Of a stretch of 44,009 nt of DNA, positions 1 to 11,330 are shown piece after piece. The notes under the pieces were generated by a model. The model had not been told where the DNA came from. It worked only from the letters and a program-made list of their open reading frames with translations, and did not search any database. Both the position numbers and the translations under genes were made by a program. Within the stretch, counting starts at the first letter, position 1. Each line of letters opens with the position of its first letter. This DNA is from Octopus bimaculoides. Its lineage: Eukaryota. Location: NCBI RefSeq assembly GCF_001194135.2, contig NC_068999.1, forward strand, positions 23,736,377 through 23,780,385. The letters are read 5' to 3'.

Positions 1-121
1 TTAGGGTGTGGCACTTTTTCACGCAGCTATCCTCCTCCATTCTCACCACATGTCCATACCAGCGCAATCGTCTCTCTTGCACGCCACAACTGATGCTTCT
101 AATGTTCAGCTTTTCTCTCAA
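1..121 (-). mobile_element. RTE-clade LINE, C-terminal RT fragment (runs off window start)
   Basis: Minus strand translates LREKLNIRSISCGVQERRLRWYGHVVRMEEDSCVKKCHTL; RRLRWYGHVxRM is typical of RTE ORF C-termini. Confidence 0.85.
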
Positions 122-151
122 GATCAGCTTTTCATATTTAGGTAAGTACAT

Positions 152-515
152 GGGCGTGACTGTGTGATTAAGAAGTGTGGTTTCAAGTTCGGTCCCACTG
201 CATGGCACCTTTTCCTACAGCCCTAGGCCAACCAATGGCCTTGTGAGTGAATTAGTTAGAGGGAAACTGTGAGGAAGCCTGTCATACATATGTATATGTC
301 TTTGTATTAGTAGCCCTTCAAATGACTGCTTGATAACCAGCATTGGTTTGTTTATGTCCCTGCAGCTTAGTGGTTCGGTAAAAGAGACCAATAGAATATA
401 TACCAGACTTCAAAAAATAAGTACTGGAGTTGATTTGTTCAATTAAAACCTTTCAAGGTAGTGCTCCAGCTTGGCCACAGTCCAACAATTAGAACAAGTA
501 AAAGATAAAAGACAA
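152..515 (+). mobile_element. tRNA-derived SINE (family 1: ggcgtggctgtgtgg head ... gaaacaagtaaaaga tail)
   Basis: A/B-box-like head (gttcggtcccactgc) and a tail that recurs in many copies in this window. Confidence 0.85.
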
Positions 516-904
516 AGCTAAAGGAGTCAATTTTTTTCCTTCATTATTACACATTCAGCTAGAAGACACCTGCTTCTAGCTTACATATTGCTTTATTCAC
601 ATCATAGCATAACTTCCTTATAACGCTGAGATTAACCTAAGGAATGTCTGACAGCTATGGCTATTTTGATGTGATTGAAGTATTGTAAAGGTTTTGTAGT
701 ATGACTCAACCCAATATTTGATTACTATCTCTGCATGTAGCCAACTCCTATTTACTTGAAATATTACTTGGCTTCCTGGTATATTTAAACTTGTTTTTGC
801 AAGCCACCTCTGTCGCAATGTACTGACAAAAAGACAAAATACTGAATTTCATTTAAGTATCACTTGATGAGTGATGGAATCTTCAACAATTTGACTTTAT
901 CTAT

Positions 905-1110
905 TGAGAGATTGAGTGAGAATTTACAAAAGAAAAACAAAAGACGAAAACAGGTGTGTAAACAACAAACAAATGTATTAGTTTAACGCTCAAGAAGTGA
1001 GAAAGTCTTTTACGTTTCGAGCCTACGCTCTTCAACAGAAAGGAACACAAAAATAAACAGGGAGAGAAATTAAAAAAGGTTTAGTGGCTAGCGATCTATC
1101 ATGGCGAATA
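905..1110 (-). mobile_element. Penelope-like element terminal repeat (pLTR), family A
   Basis: Reverse complement aligns by eye with 13100-13290, which ends a recognisable PLE; carries an HHR motif. Confidence 0.7.
1007..1042 (-). ncRNA. Minimal type-I hammerhead ribozyme motif, CUGUUGA core variant
   Basis: Minus: cttt CTGTTGA A GAGC gtag GCTC GAAA CGTA aaag; stem I cttt/aaag, stem II GAGC/GCTC, palindromic ACGT stem III, GUA triplet. Confidence 0.6.
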
Positions 1111-1179
1111 TGATTCTCAAGTCTGTTCAAAACATTGCAACAGATAGGTCTCAAAATAATATTAATATATATATCATTA

Positions 1180-1400
1180 TTGTTTAACATTCGCTTTCCA
1201 TGCTGGCATAGGTTGGATGGTCAGACAAAAGACTTCACCAAACTTGTGTATGTTTTAGCATGGTTTTTATGGATGGATGTCCTTCCTAACACCAACCATC
1301 ACACAGAGTGGACAGAGTGCTTTTTACTTGGCACCAGCACAGGCAAGGTCCATTTTGATATGGCTTTTACAGCCAGATGCTTTTCCAAATGCCAACCATT
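1180..1400 (-). mobile_element. Short RTE-related retroelement (ggaagggcatcc ... cccatgccagcatggaaa tail)
   Basis: Reverse complement of the family seen at 4170-4400, 24810-25120 and 25410-25610. Confidence 0.7.
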
Positions 1401-1404
1401 TTAC

Positions 1405-2150
1405 AGTTGGAGGGAACTTAAGGAAGAGAAGAGCTCATCGGTTCTATACCAGCATGCCAAGCGGAAACAAGGGGGCTCACTCAACAACATAGAAGCTAAA
1501 ATCTTGTCCACACATAGAACGGACGCAACGCTTAGACAAATTATGGAAGCTACACACAAAATAGAAGATAAACCTAGCCTAAATAGATAACTAGAATGGA
1601 ACACTAGCAAACATCCCCCACACGCCACAACCAATGACAGAATAAGATCCCCATAAACTAATAATAATATGAAATAATAGACAGATAAATAAATAGAATT
1701 AGATAATTATATACATAAACAAAATATCTTTAAATTAAATTAATACAAAAAAAGAAAGAAATGAAAAAGTAAACAGATAAAAATAAATGAATAAAATAAA
1801 TAAAAGTATATTAAACGAACGTGATTAAACAGTGGATACTGATAATGCAGGTACCATACACATTCCCACGCACATACTAACTAAACATAGACACACACAG
1901 GGACATACGCATGCACAGATAAAGACACATGCAGACACAAAAAAGAAAGAAGAAAGCAAAGGACCACTGATGAGGTCACAGAAGTGTGACAAAAGAACCC
2001 TGGCTGAAATACAATTAATACAGAATAAAACTGAAGCAAGTGAACACCAAATATATAGTGCATGTGTTTTCATTGGCTATACTGGCAACATGACCATCCC
2101 CAAATACAACAATATCTGTTTCAACACACAAATTAACATCAAGAATCTTG
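1405..2150 (+). mobile_element. Penelope-like element 3' fragment: GIY-YIG endonuclease C-terminus plus family C terminal repeat
   Basis: SSVLYQHAKRKQGG...KILSTHRTDATLRQIMEATHKIEDKPSLNR*LEW fits a PLE GIY-YIG tail; ~1950-2150 matches 43130-43310 and the reverse complement of 42030-42180. Confidence 0.75.
1964..2003 (+). ncRNA. Degenerate hammerhead motif, family C
   Basis: cca CTGATGA G GTCACA gaag TGTGAC AAAA GAACCC tgg; GAAA and the NUH triplet are mutated. Confidence 0.45.
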
Positions 2151-2175
2151 CAAAATGAATACATGAACGTCATAC

Positions 2176-2180
2176 ATACA

Positions 2181-2258
<78 letters not shown>
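2176..2258. repeat. (CA)n microsatellite
   Basis: Directly visible. Confidence 0.95.
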
Positions 2259-2260
<2 letters not shown>

Positions 2261-3140
2261 GTATGGTGAATAAACTGTCGTCTAAATTAAGCAGAAATGA
2301 AAATAAGACTGACATCTCATTTTAACAGATATATTTACCAAAATTGCATTAAAATATTTTAAAATCCTAAAGAGTAAATTTATTCAATAAAATCGCCATT
2401 GGCTTCAACCACAGCTTCTACACGACATTGGAATCTCCTGCAACAACTCTTCTGGACAGTCTCCTTGTTTAAGTTGATGAATGCTGCCATAACCCTTGCC
2501 TTCAGTTCATCTTTGATGTTACAAGAAGTCTTGTTGGTCTCTCACTCAGCTGCACTCCACACATAATAATCAAGGGTGTTGCAGTCTGGGGAGTTAGGTG
2601 GCCAGATGTAAGAGGTGATGTGGTCACAGAAATTGTCCAACAGCCATGACTGGGTTCTCCTGCTTACGTGGCATGGTGCAGAGTCCTGTTGCCAGACATA
2701 AGGTTTTCCAGCAGCCACCCTCTTGACCCAGAGCAGCACAATCTCCTCCAGGCACTTGATGTAGGCCTCTGTGTTGAGGATGTGTGGGAAGATGAATGGA
2801 GGCATAATGTCACCATCACTAGTGATCACTCCAAACACCATGATGTTGACTGGATGATTGATTTTTATCACTCTCAGTACATATCTTCAAATTGCTTTCT
2901 CCTCAGACTGACACCCAAAAACTCTGAAATGTTCATATCAGAGCTTCTGGCATGAGTGCTAAGCAGTACAGCATGTCAACTCCAAATTTCTGGCAGAGTG
3001 AATTGCATCCTGCTACTATTTTTCTCAGATGGTGCCCAACTGAACCTATTATACTGTGTAGTCAACAAAATCAAAAACAAACAATGCACAAGCATGAAAT
3101 TAAAGATATAAAATGGTGACAATTTACCCATTACACCCTG
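2257..3140 (-). mobile_element. Internally deleted maT/DD37D-type Tc1-mariner element
   Basis: Imperfect TIRs caggg...aaactgtc / gacaattt...ccctg, TA at right end; ORF 2542-2871 has QQDSAPCH...WPPNSPDCNTLDYYVW. Confidence 0.9.
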
Positions 3141-3146
3141 TATGTA

Positions 3147-3185
<39 letters not shown>

Positions 3186-3275
3186 AGTAGGAAGGTAGAT
3201 AAAACACAAACCCCTTCAGGTAGATGGCCCTGCTCAGTATGTAGAAAAGGAGTAGGTAGTAACTCTATAAGATGT

Positions 3276-4168
3276 NNNNNNNNNNNNNNNNNNNNNNNNN
3301 NNNNNNNNNNNNNNNNNNNNNNNNNNNNNNNNNNNNNNNNNNNNNNNNNNNNNNNNNNNNNNNNNNNNNNNNNNNNNNNNNNNNNNNNNNNNNNNNNNNN
3401 NNNNNNNNNNNNNNNNNNNNNNNNNNNNNNNNNNNNNNNNNNNNNNNNNNNNNNNNNNNNNNNNNNNNNNNNNNNNNNNNNNNNNNNNNNNNNNNNNNNN
3501 NNNNNNNNNNNNNNNNNNNNNNNNNNNNNNNNNNNNNNNNNNNNNNNNNNNNNNNNNNNNNNNNNNNNNNNNNNNNNNNNNNNNNNNNNNNNNNNNNNNN
3601 NNNNNNNNNNNNNNNNNNNNNNNNNNNNNNNNNNNNNNNNNNNNNNNNNNNNNNNNNNNNNNNNNNNNNNNNNNNNNNNNNNNNNNNNNNNNNNNNNNNN
3701 NNNNNNNNNNNNNNNNNNNNNNNNNNNNNNNNNNNNNNNNNNNNNNNNNNNNNNNNNNNNNNNNNNNNNNNNNNNNNNNNNNNNNNNNNNNNNNNNNNNN
3801 NNNNNNNNNNNNNNNNNNNNNNNNNNNNNNNNNNNNNNNNNNNNNNNNNNNNNNNNNNNNNNNNNNNNNNNNNNNNNNNNNNNNNNNNNNNNNNNNNNNN
3901 NNNNNNNNNNNNNNNNNNNNNNNNNNNNNNNNNNNNNNNNNNNNNNNNNNNNNNNNNNNNNNNNNNNNNNNNNNNNNNNNNNNNNNNNNNNNNNNNNNNN
4001 NNNNNNNNNNNNNNNNNNNNNNNNNNNNNNNNNNNNNNNNNNNNNNNNNNNNNNNNNNNNNNNNNNNNNNNNNNNNNNNNNNNNNNNNNNNNNNNNNNNN
4101 NNNNNNNNNNNNNNNNNNNNNNNNNNNNNNNNNNNNNNNNNNNNNNNNNNNNNNNNNNNNNNNNNNNN
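3276..4168. other. Assembly gap (N run)
   Basis: Ns. Confidence 1.
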
Positions 4169-4169
4169 A

Positions 4170-4400
4170 TAAAAGACACCATTTCGAGCGTGGCCGTTTT
4201 CGTGCGGGTGACACGTAAAAGCACCCACTACACTCTCTGAGTGGTTGGCGTTAGGAAGGGCATCCAGCTGTAGAAACTCTGCCAAATCAGACTGGAGCCT
4301 GGTGTTGCCATCCGGTTTCACCAGTCCTCAGTCAAATTGTCCAACCCATGCTAGCATGGAAAGCGGACGTTAAATGATGATGATGATGATGATGATGATG
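4170..4400 (+). mobile_element. Short RTE-related retroelement with (GAT)n tail
   Basis: gtaaaagcaccc...ggttggcgttaggaagggcatccagctgtagaaa...caacccatgctagcatggaaagcggacgttaaatgatgatg. Confidence 0.8.
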
Positions 4401-4496
4401 ATACACAAGTAAGTAGACAAATGAAAGAAGTGCACTTAACACATTTATTTGGAGTTTGTGTGTGTGTGTGAGTGTGTGTGTGTGTGTACATATATA

Positions 4497-4527
<31 letters not shown>

Positions 4528-5719
4528 CTGTATTTATTCCTGTCTACAGTCTAGTCATTGACAAGAAAATTTCTTAAATGCATAGAGATTTAAGTATTCA
4601 GTTTTCTTTAATAGAAAAGAAAATTAGCCATTTTCAGAACACATGACAAATTTAAAAAGAAGTTGCATAATTTTAACAATGGAAACACCTAATGCATTTT
4701 AGATTGGTTTCAAAAAGCTCAACATTGACCTACACTTATTCTTCTATGCATTTGTCCAGAATGCATACATAATTCTAACACCATTCCTTACCATCTTCAA
4801 AAGGATTATTGCAAGCAAACACCATTATTTTGTCTTGAATAATTAAGATATTACCTGAGCCTATTTTATACATTTTCCACGTCATGACAATTCTTTTACT
4901 TATGGGCTTTTACATCAGCAGAGCAAAAATGGTAGCATATTGGACTAAATGCTTCAAGCTAATTCCGTGTTCTAAGTTCAAATTCCATTAAGATGGACTT
5001 TGAAAAAATAAGTACTAATAGTGTGCCCAGAATGATTGGATTGATTAGGCTTCCTCCCTTCAGTGCTGGATTAACCATTAGGGCATCAAGAGAGGGTGGC
5101 TCCATAGAAATGGTAAATGGTTTATGGCACAAAAGAAATCACTTTAAACTTGCTAAAAAAAAATATTCAGTGCTTCTTTTGATTGCAATGATTTTGATCA
5201 AAACCTCACTACAATATCATGAACACTTCAAAATTATATTTCCAATCATGTAAAGATCCTCATCATCCTCATCTTAATATCCGTGATGATGATGATGATG
5301 ATGTTTATATGATTGGAAATATAATTTTGAAGTGTTCATGGTGTTGTAGTGAGGTTCTGATCAAAATTTTTCCAATTAAAAAGATGTAGGAGAAAACTTT
5401 TCAATATAAATAAAGTGGATGTATACAAGTACAAACATTATTTTCCAGCTTACTGTTAGTTTTGTTTCATTTTGAAAAATTAAAGTATGGTTTACTAAAG
5501 TTTAGATTTTGAATTACATATGGGGGCATCAGGATCTTTTAAGTGCTTAGGGCCTCCATGGATCTTAATCTGGCCCTGCCTCCCCTACAGGAACTGATCA
5601 TGTATCAGTGAAAGAAATCAATATTATGAAGGAGTGTCATTAATAAAGAAATCAATGTTATGAGATTGAGTTATTAATTATTAAGAAAGAGATCAATATA
5701 ACCAGAGTGAAAGAAGACA

Positions 5720-5930
5720 GTGAGCAACAAAATTGTTAGCATGCTGGGCAAAATACTTAGCGGCATTTCATCCATCCTTATGTTCTGAGTTCAAATTCCA
5801 TGGAGGTCAACTTAGTCTTTCATCCTTTCAGGATCAATAAATTAAGTACCAGTTCAGCACTGGGGTCGATGTAATCAACTTTCCCATCTCCTGAAATTGC
5901 TCACCTTATGCCAAAATTTGAAACCAATAT
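5720..5930 (+). mobile_element. tRNA-derived SINE (family 2: ttctgagttcaaattcc ... gccaaaatttgaaacc)
   Basis: Same motif chain at 18262-18480, 18492-18975, and reversed at 38760-38970 and 39770-39950. Confidence 0.8.
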
Positions 5931-5960
5931 TCCTAGAGTGAATCATTAATGCACTAATAA

Positions 5961-6300
5961 AAATTGTCACCAGTGTTGCTTTTCTCCATAATGCTTCGTT
6001 AGCATAATGCTCCAAAAGCCATTGGTAGATTTTGAAACAATTTTATGTAGTTCTGTGAATTGTTTTGGGACCCATCTTGTACAAACGTTTCCAAAGCCAA
6101 ATCTTCTGTAGATGATTTCATAGGCAGGACTTGAATAATTTCTTGTTTACCACTTCATTAATTGCCACCCAATCTGGTCAATCTGGTCACAGACTTGTTC
6201 AATGTTATCATCATCACAAGACATGGTCAGATGTCTGGTTCCTTCTTGATGTATAAAACTTGGGTGATAATGATGGGATTTTTCCATCCATTTATAGTAC
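5961..6300 (-). mobile_element. mariner transposase N-terminal remnant
   Basis: Minus: ...YEIIYRRFGFGNVCTRWVPKQFTELHK...LEHYANE...TGD; mariner WVP motif leading to the first catalytic D, with frameshifts. Confidence 0.8.
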
Positions 6301-6311
6301 ATTTATAAATG

Positions 6312-6614
6312 CAAGCATGGCTGTGAGGTAAGAAGTTTGCTTCCCAACCACATGGTTCCAGGTTTTGTCCCACTGCCTGGCACCTTGTCGAGTGTCTTCT
6401 ATTATAGGGTCGGGCTGATCAAAGTGTTGTGAGTGGATTTGGTAGACAGAAACTAAAAGAAGCTTGTTATATATATATATATATATATAGTCCCACCCAG
6501 CTTGTTATATATACATATATATAGTCCCACCTAGCATGGAAAATGGACTTTAAATGGTGATGATGATGATGATGATGATATATATATATATATGAATATA
6601 TCTATGTGGGTGTG

Positions 6615-6653
<39 letters not shown>

Positions 6654-6840
6654 TTTGACAACTGGTGTTGATATGTTTACAACCCCCTAACTTAGCAGTT
6701 CGGTAAAAGAAACTAACAGAATAAATACTAGACTTTAAAAACATAAGTCCTGGGATTGATTCATTTGACTAAAACCCTTCAAGGCAGTGCCCCAGCATGG
6801 CCACAGTCAAAATGACTGAAACAAGTAAAAGGTAAAAGAT
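6312..6840 (+). mobile_element. Family 1 SINE with internal microsatellites and an inserted RTE tail
   Basis: Head gcatggctgtgaggtaagaag and tail ccccagcatggccacagtc; RTE tail at ~6530-6580. Confidence 0.85.
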
Positions 6841-7820
6841 TTATAAACAATTCAATAAAACCCTGTTTCCATAGTGAGATGAAAGCCTTTGATGGATTTT
6901 GGTTCCTAGTACACCTTCAACCCACAGAAAAAGGGTCACTGGACATTGTTCTTTGTTAGAGCTAACAGACAGCCAAAGCCACCATGATTAATTTAATAGC
7001 AATGATAACTTAATCGATGTTTCAAATACAAATGTTCATCATAGTGACAAGGAAGAGATCGTTTCTAGTAACGTGTACAACTAATTTTTCTACTAATAGT
7101 AAAACAATTGGTGCATTGCAGATAATTAATGATTCACCCTGAAAAATTCAATCATTCCACAGGTAATAAAATATTCAGATAGTTATAGAACTTCTGCAAT
7201 TTGCACTGAATCTAAGTATATTATGCCTCTATCTGTTTTGTTTCTGAACTCTTTGGATATAGAATCAGAATGGTTTCTTCCCTTGTAGACATCTACCACT
7301 ACCACTAGCAATGTCAGATAACCAATTCCTAACTTTCTTAACACTCTTTCAAGACTTCATCCATCAGCTTGATGAAGTCTCAGCTACTGGACAAGTGGAT
7401 CTCTCCAGTACCTCCTCTTTGTTCACATCAATAGTGATAACACATTTTGCACAACTTACTTCAAGCTAATAAGGGAGTCTATATAGTCAGTCTAGTTGCA
7501 AGAAATAGCAACCAAAACTCCCTCTTAAAGTCTGCTATGTTAAAAAAGACATGTTATATAACATAGTCCTAGATATCCATAGAAAACCAAGATGGTCACT
7601 GTTAGAATACCTTAAACTCGAAACCAACCCAAAACAATTCAATTAACTTCTCAGTAAAAAGCATAATACCTACACATCATCAAGCTTTTCACTTCTTTTT
7701 ACCAACTATTCTAACTGGATCTATAACTTTGTGTGCTTTCATATTCTTGATTGCACTAGTAACAATACTGAGCTAATCTCAGAAGTTGGCTCTCCTGTTA
7801 TATCTATACATCCATCCAGG

Positions 7821-7831
7821 TGTGTGTGTGC

Positions 7832-7916
<85 letters not shown>

Positions 7917-7925
7917 TGTGTGTGT
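7821..7925. repeat. (TG)n microsatellite
   Basis: Directly visible. Confidence 0.95.
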
Positions 7926-8072
7926 TTGTACATGTGTCTGTGCACATGTCTATGTATGTGATAGATGAATAAAATAAAAGCAAATCTGAAGTAGGCCAAG
8001 AAGTTGACATAAAAGATTTCGGTGTTCAGCACATAATGGTAAGAATAAAGAACATGTTGTTTTGTTTGCAAG

Positions 8073-8290
8073 ATTCTAAGCAGCTCAAGAGTGTTTTTAA
8101 TCACAGGCTGTATGCTTGTCAAGACTTGTTTGGTAGGTTGTAGCAAGGGGAAATTTTCCATTTTCATTAAATGTTAATGACTTAGCTTAAGATTATTGAA
8201 ATAATTCAACATTATATTTGTGTATTTCAGTTTCATCTTTTTTTTTTTTTTCTCTGAATACCAGAACCTGTCTTTGAAGTTAAATGTTAG
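8073..8290 (+). CDS. Candidate two terminal exons of an unidentified gene (8073-8132, 8265-8290)
   Basis: AG/GT sites, strong polypyrimidine tract before 8265; spliced frame xSKQLKSVFNHRLYACQDLFEPVFEVKC*; AATAAA at 8365-8370; no homology recognised. Confidence 0.25.
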
Positions 8291-8880
8291 GAGATCTCAT
8301 GCTTCAGAAAACGAATGCTGTTACAGATGTCTTCTAAGGCTCAAACAAAGATATTATGAAAGAAAATAAATACAGTGAAGGTGTGGTTGTATGGTAAGAA
8401 GTTTGGGAAACAAACTTCCCAACCACATGGTTCCAGGTTCACTGCCAGTGAATGGCACCTTGGGCAAAGCATCTTCTACTACAGACTCAGGTTGACAAAA
8501 GCCTAGTGGATGAATTTGGTAGAAATAAACTGTGTGATTGTGGTGTTATTAAGTTAGACGTAGCTTGAGTCAAAGCTGGCCAAAAACCTATGTTTATTTG
8601 CCTCTCTCTCTTTCTCTCTATCTATCTATCTATGTCATTATTTAGTTTATTTTAAGATTTCTTGCCAATAGAGAAAGAACTGGTTTCTAACCTAGATTCA
8701 AGGTTCCTTCATGTATATATGTATGTATGTATGTATGTATGTACAGATTTGTATGTTTTATGTATGTATTCTCATGCATATAGTTACATATCTAGACATG
8801 CTCATATATATTTAAATGATAAACTTCTGGAAAGTTTTACAAATTTTTACAGTTCCAGTGATGGATTGGATCTGTAGTCT

Positions 8881-10050
8881 TCAAATTAGCTTTCTCTTTT
8901 CTGATTTGAGAAGCCTAATTTCTCAAGATTGGTAGTTAGGCAGTGTGTTACATATCCCAGGGCCGCAATAATTACAGGTATAAACCTGAACTTGTAATCT
9001 GGATAGAGTAACTGCAGATTTCTCAATAGCTCAGCATAGGTGTTCTGTTTTTCACTGATCTTCAGCTTTATGTTAACATCTGCTGGGCAGCTAATTTCCA
9101 CAACTGTGCAGAGTTTCTCTTCTCTATCCTAAATCATTACCTCAGGTCTGTTGTACTTACATCTTATTGAGGTCTTCACTGGTACATTCCACCAGCATTC
9201 CTTTTTATTATGAGTGGCTATGGCTTCTACCATATTGTGGGTTTTCATTTCTTTGTCCTTGGGATTATCCTTCTGACGGATTTCATTATAAGAGTACCCA
9301 AGCTACAATGTCATGTCTCATCAGTACATAATACTGTGATGACATTTTCAGAAATTTCTTATGATGTGGGTGATATCTTCAGTGTGAACTCCACATAGTC
9401 TGCATCAGTTGTCACATTTTACGGCTTTCCTACATCTCTATCCCTTTTGTGCACTAGGTGCTTGGTTGATATTTCCTGTTCCTGGATTGCAAACGCATAT
9501 CCTTCAAAGTGGGAGGTAATAATCTGGCTATTCGTCCATGATAAACTACTTTGATGATTGATGTTACTATCATCATGGAGCTATCTGCTAACATATCCAA
9601 TGCATAGTCTTCTGCCCATATAGGCTCATCCTTTCATCTGATGATATGTTGCGGTAGAGTCATGCGACTTCTTTGAGTAGGTATTCTAGGTTATCAGACA
9701 AAGAGTGTTGCTCAAGGAGCTGCCTTCCAAGCCTTATGATGTTATCAGCCTCATGTATGCAAACTTGGTCAAGGGATGCACTTCGACGCTTGGTGGTTAA
9801 AAGATGTTGCCAAAGGGATATAATGTGACATTCAAAGGCATTTTGGATCGATGTTAAGCCTCTGCCGCCTTGTTTATGTTTTAGGCAGAGGCAGTCTATG
9901 TCACCGTTTATATGGAAATTATGTGTGCTTGTTAGTATTTTTTAGGTTTTCACATCAATGGCTCAAATCTCATCAAGCGTCCATTCAAGCAGCCCAAATG
10001 TTGATATGAGTACTGGCACTGCAAACACATTGTGGACCACTGTTGTAATG
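8881..10050 (-). mobile_element. R4/Dong-like non-LTR retrotransposon 3' part (post-RT region, zinc knuckle, REL endonuclease), decayed
   Basis: FAVPVLISTFG...DIDCLCLKHKQGGRGL; CRLCGVHTEDITHII; YNRPEV..DREEKLCTVVEISCPADVN..K..EK..Y...IPVIIAALG. Confidence 0.85.
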
Positions 10051-10062
10051 AATGTAGAAATC

Positions 10063-10361
10063 ACATTTTCAAACATTTTATTTCCCCCCCATCCCCACTG
10101 CAATTTCTTAATTTGTAACTTTTGTTGAATCTTTTTTTAATCCACGTGGAAAAATACAGAGATTACGAATCTGGGAAATATATATTTTAGTGTTTCTTTA
10201 AGAAGATTTTAGTGTTTCTTTAAGAAAAAAGGTAGAAGAAAATTCTTAAAGATTCGTACTCTGTTTTTTTCTCTGTGGATTACCAAGAAAAAAAATTGGA
10301 AAAAAGTAAAAAGGAAGAAATTGGGGTGGGGAGGGAGAAAATTAAAATATTGAGAACGTGT
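10063..10361. mobile_element. MITE-like fold-back element with ~110-bp imperfect inverted arms
   Basis: aatccac...cagagattacgaatct mirrors agattcgtactctg...gtggatt; C-run and G-run mirror; spacer holds a 21-bp tandem duplication. Confidence 0.6.
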
Positions 10362-11169
10362 TTGGGGGCAAAATCCTAATCTCCTGTATCGAAAACAGGA
10401 ATCAGAAGAAATTTAGGAAACCAGTGGGGTGGGAGGTGCAAATGTCATCATAGACATGCTAGAAACAACAGGTAAAGGACAGGATTTCTGGGAAAACTTC
10501 CTTTTAGGTTTACATTGAAGATCAGGTTTTAAATATGTTCATCACAAATGCAAATTACAGAACAGAAAAAGGTAATTTCAATTGGATTTGAGCTGTAATT
10601 TTGTATGTGCACACGGCAAGAAATAACATAATTTGTACAGAAGTTTTACCTAGAGAGAGTGTGTGTGTGTGTGTGTGTGTGTGCATGCATGCACACATGC
10701 ATGTGTGTGGCAAAGGAAGTCATTTTATAGCATTCTTTTGTTTGAAGCAACAAAGTTGTCAACTCAATCATATGGTTGATCATATGGGATCACATAATTG
10801 TTTGTTAATTTCCGTAAAATTTTATTTCTTCATGCTTTGAAGAGAGCAGAAAGAAAGGAGAAAGTGCAAGATGTATGTACGTATATATGAAATGGACGTG
10901 TGTGAGTAAGTGAGTGAGTGAGTGAAGGTGTGTTGTCATGTATGTATTTTTTTGCATACATGTGTAAGTGGCACTCGCTCGCTCTCACTCTCTCTCTCTC
11001 ACACATTATTTTTCATATAAACGTACATAAATACATATGCATACATCTTTTTGGGATGTATGTGTTCATGTGCATGTGAGAGAGAGAGAGAGTGAGTGAC
11101 TGTATTTCCTTATAACATATAGAGAAATGGATGTCTTTTAATGAAATTTTTTTGCAGTTCTATATTTAA

Positions 11170-11330
11170 GAGATGAGGAATTATGTACATTATTTACATA
11201 CCTTAGGAATGAGAACCCAGGTTCGAAATTTCCCCAAGACACCTGAAGAAGGCTGGAGGGTATATCAGCCGAAACGTTGTGTTAACAACAAACAAGATGA
11301 GGACAAATATCCGCTGAATGTAAATAATGA
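11170..11330 (+). mobile_element. Solo PLE-type terminal fragment carrying a hammerhead (family B)
   Basis: HHR followed by a short tail; no PLE ORF recognisable nearby. Confidence 0.6.
11239..11282 (+). ncRNA. Minimal type-I hammerhead ribozyme motif, canonical core
   Basis: acac CTGAAGA A GGCTG gagggtatat CAGCC GAAA CGTT gtgt; stem I 4 bp, stem II 5 bp, palindromic AACGTT, GUU triplet. Confidence 0.8.

Noticed and set aside
1-6. TTAGGG telomeric repeat
   Set aside because: Single hexamer inside the RTE coding fragment
618-818. ORF with faint resemblance to a pogo-type DDE segment, or a terminal exon
   Set aside because: No diagnostic motif; alternative frames stop early
4170-4300. HDV-like, twister or pistol fold in the RTE-related short element
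   Set aside because: Local hairpins exist (GGTGC/GCACC, CAC/GTG), but P1 and the catalytic J4/2 could not be fitted
3131-4321. Long ORFs spanning N runs (also 11679-13082, 22606-23148, 24361-24922)
   Set aside because: Artefacts of translating gaps
7270-7520. Possible Penelope RT remnant (DFIHQL...SSLFTSI)
   Set aside because: Only a short motif; insufficient to call
7731-8010. ORFs rich in CVCV, HTHT, YIYI, poly-N or poly-H (many across the window)
   Set aside because: Translations of microsatellites
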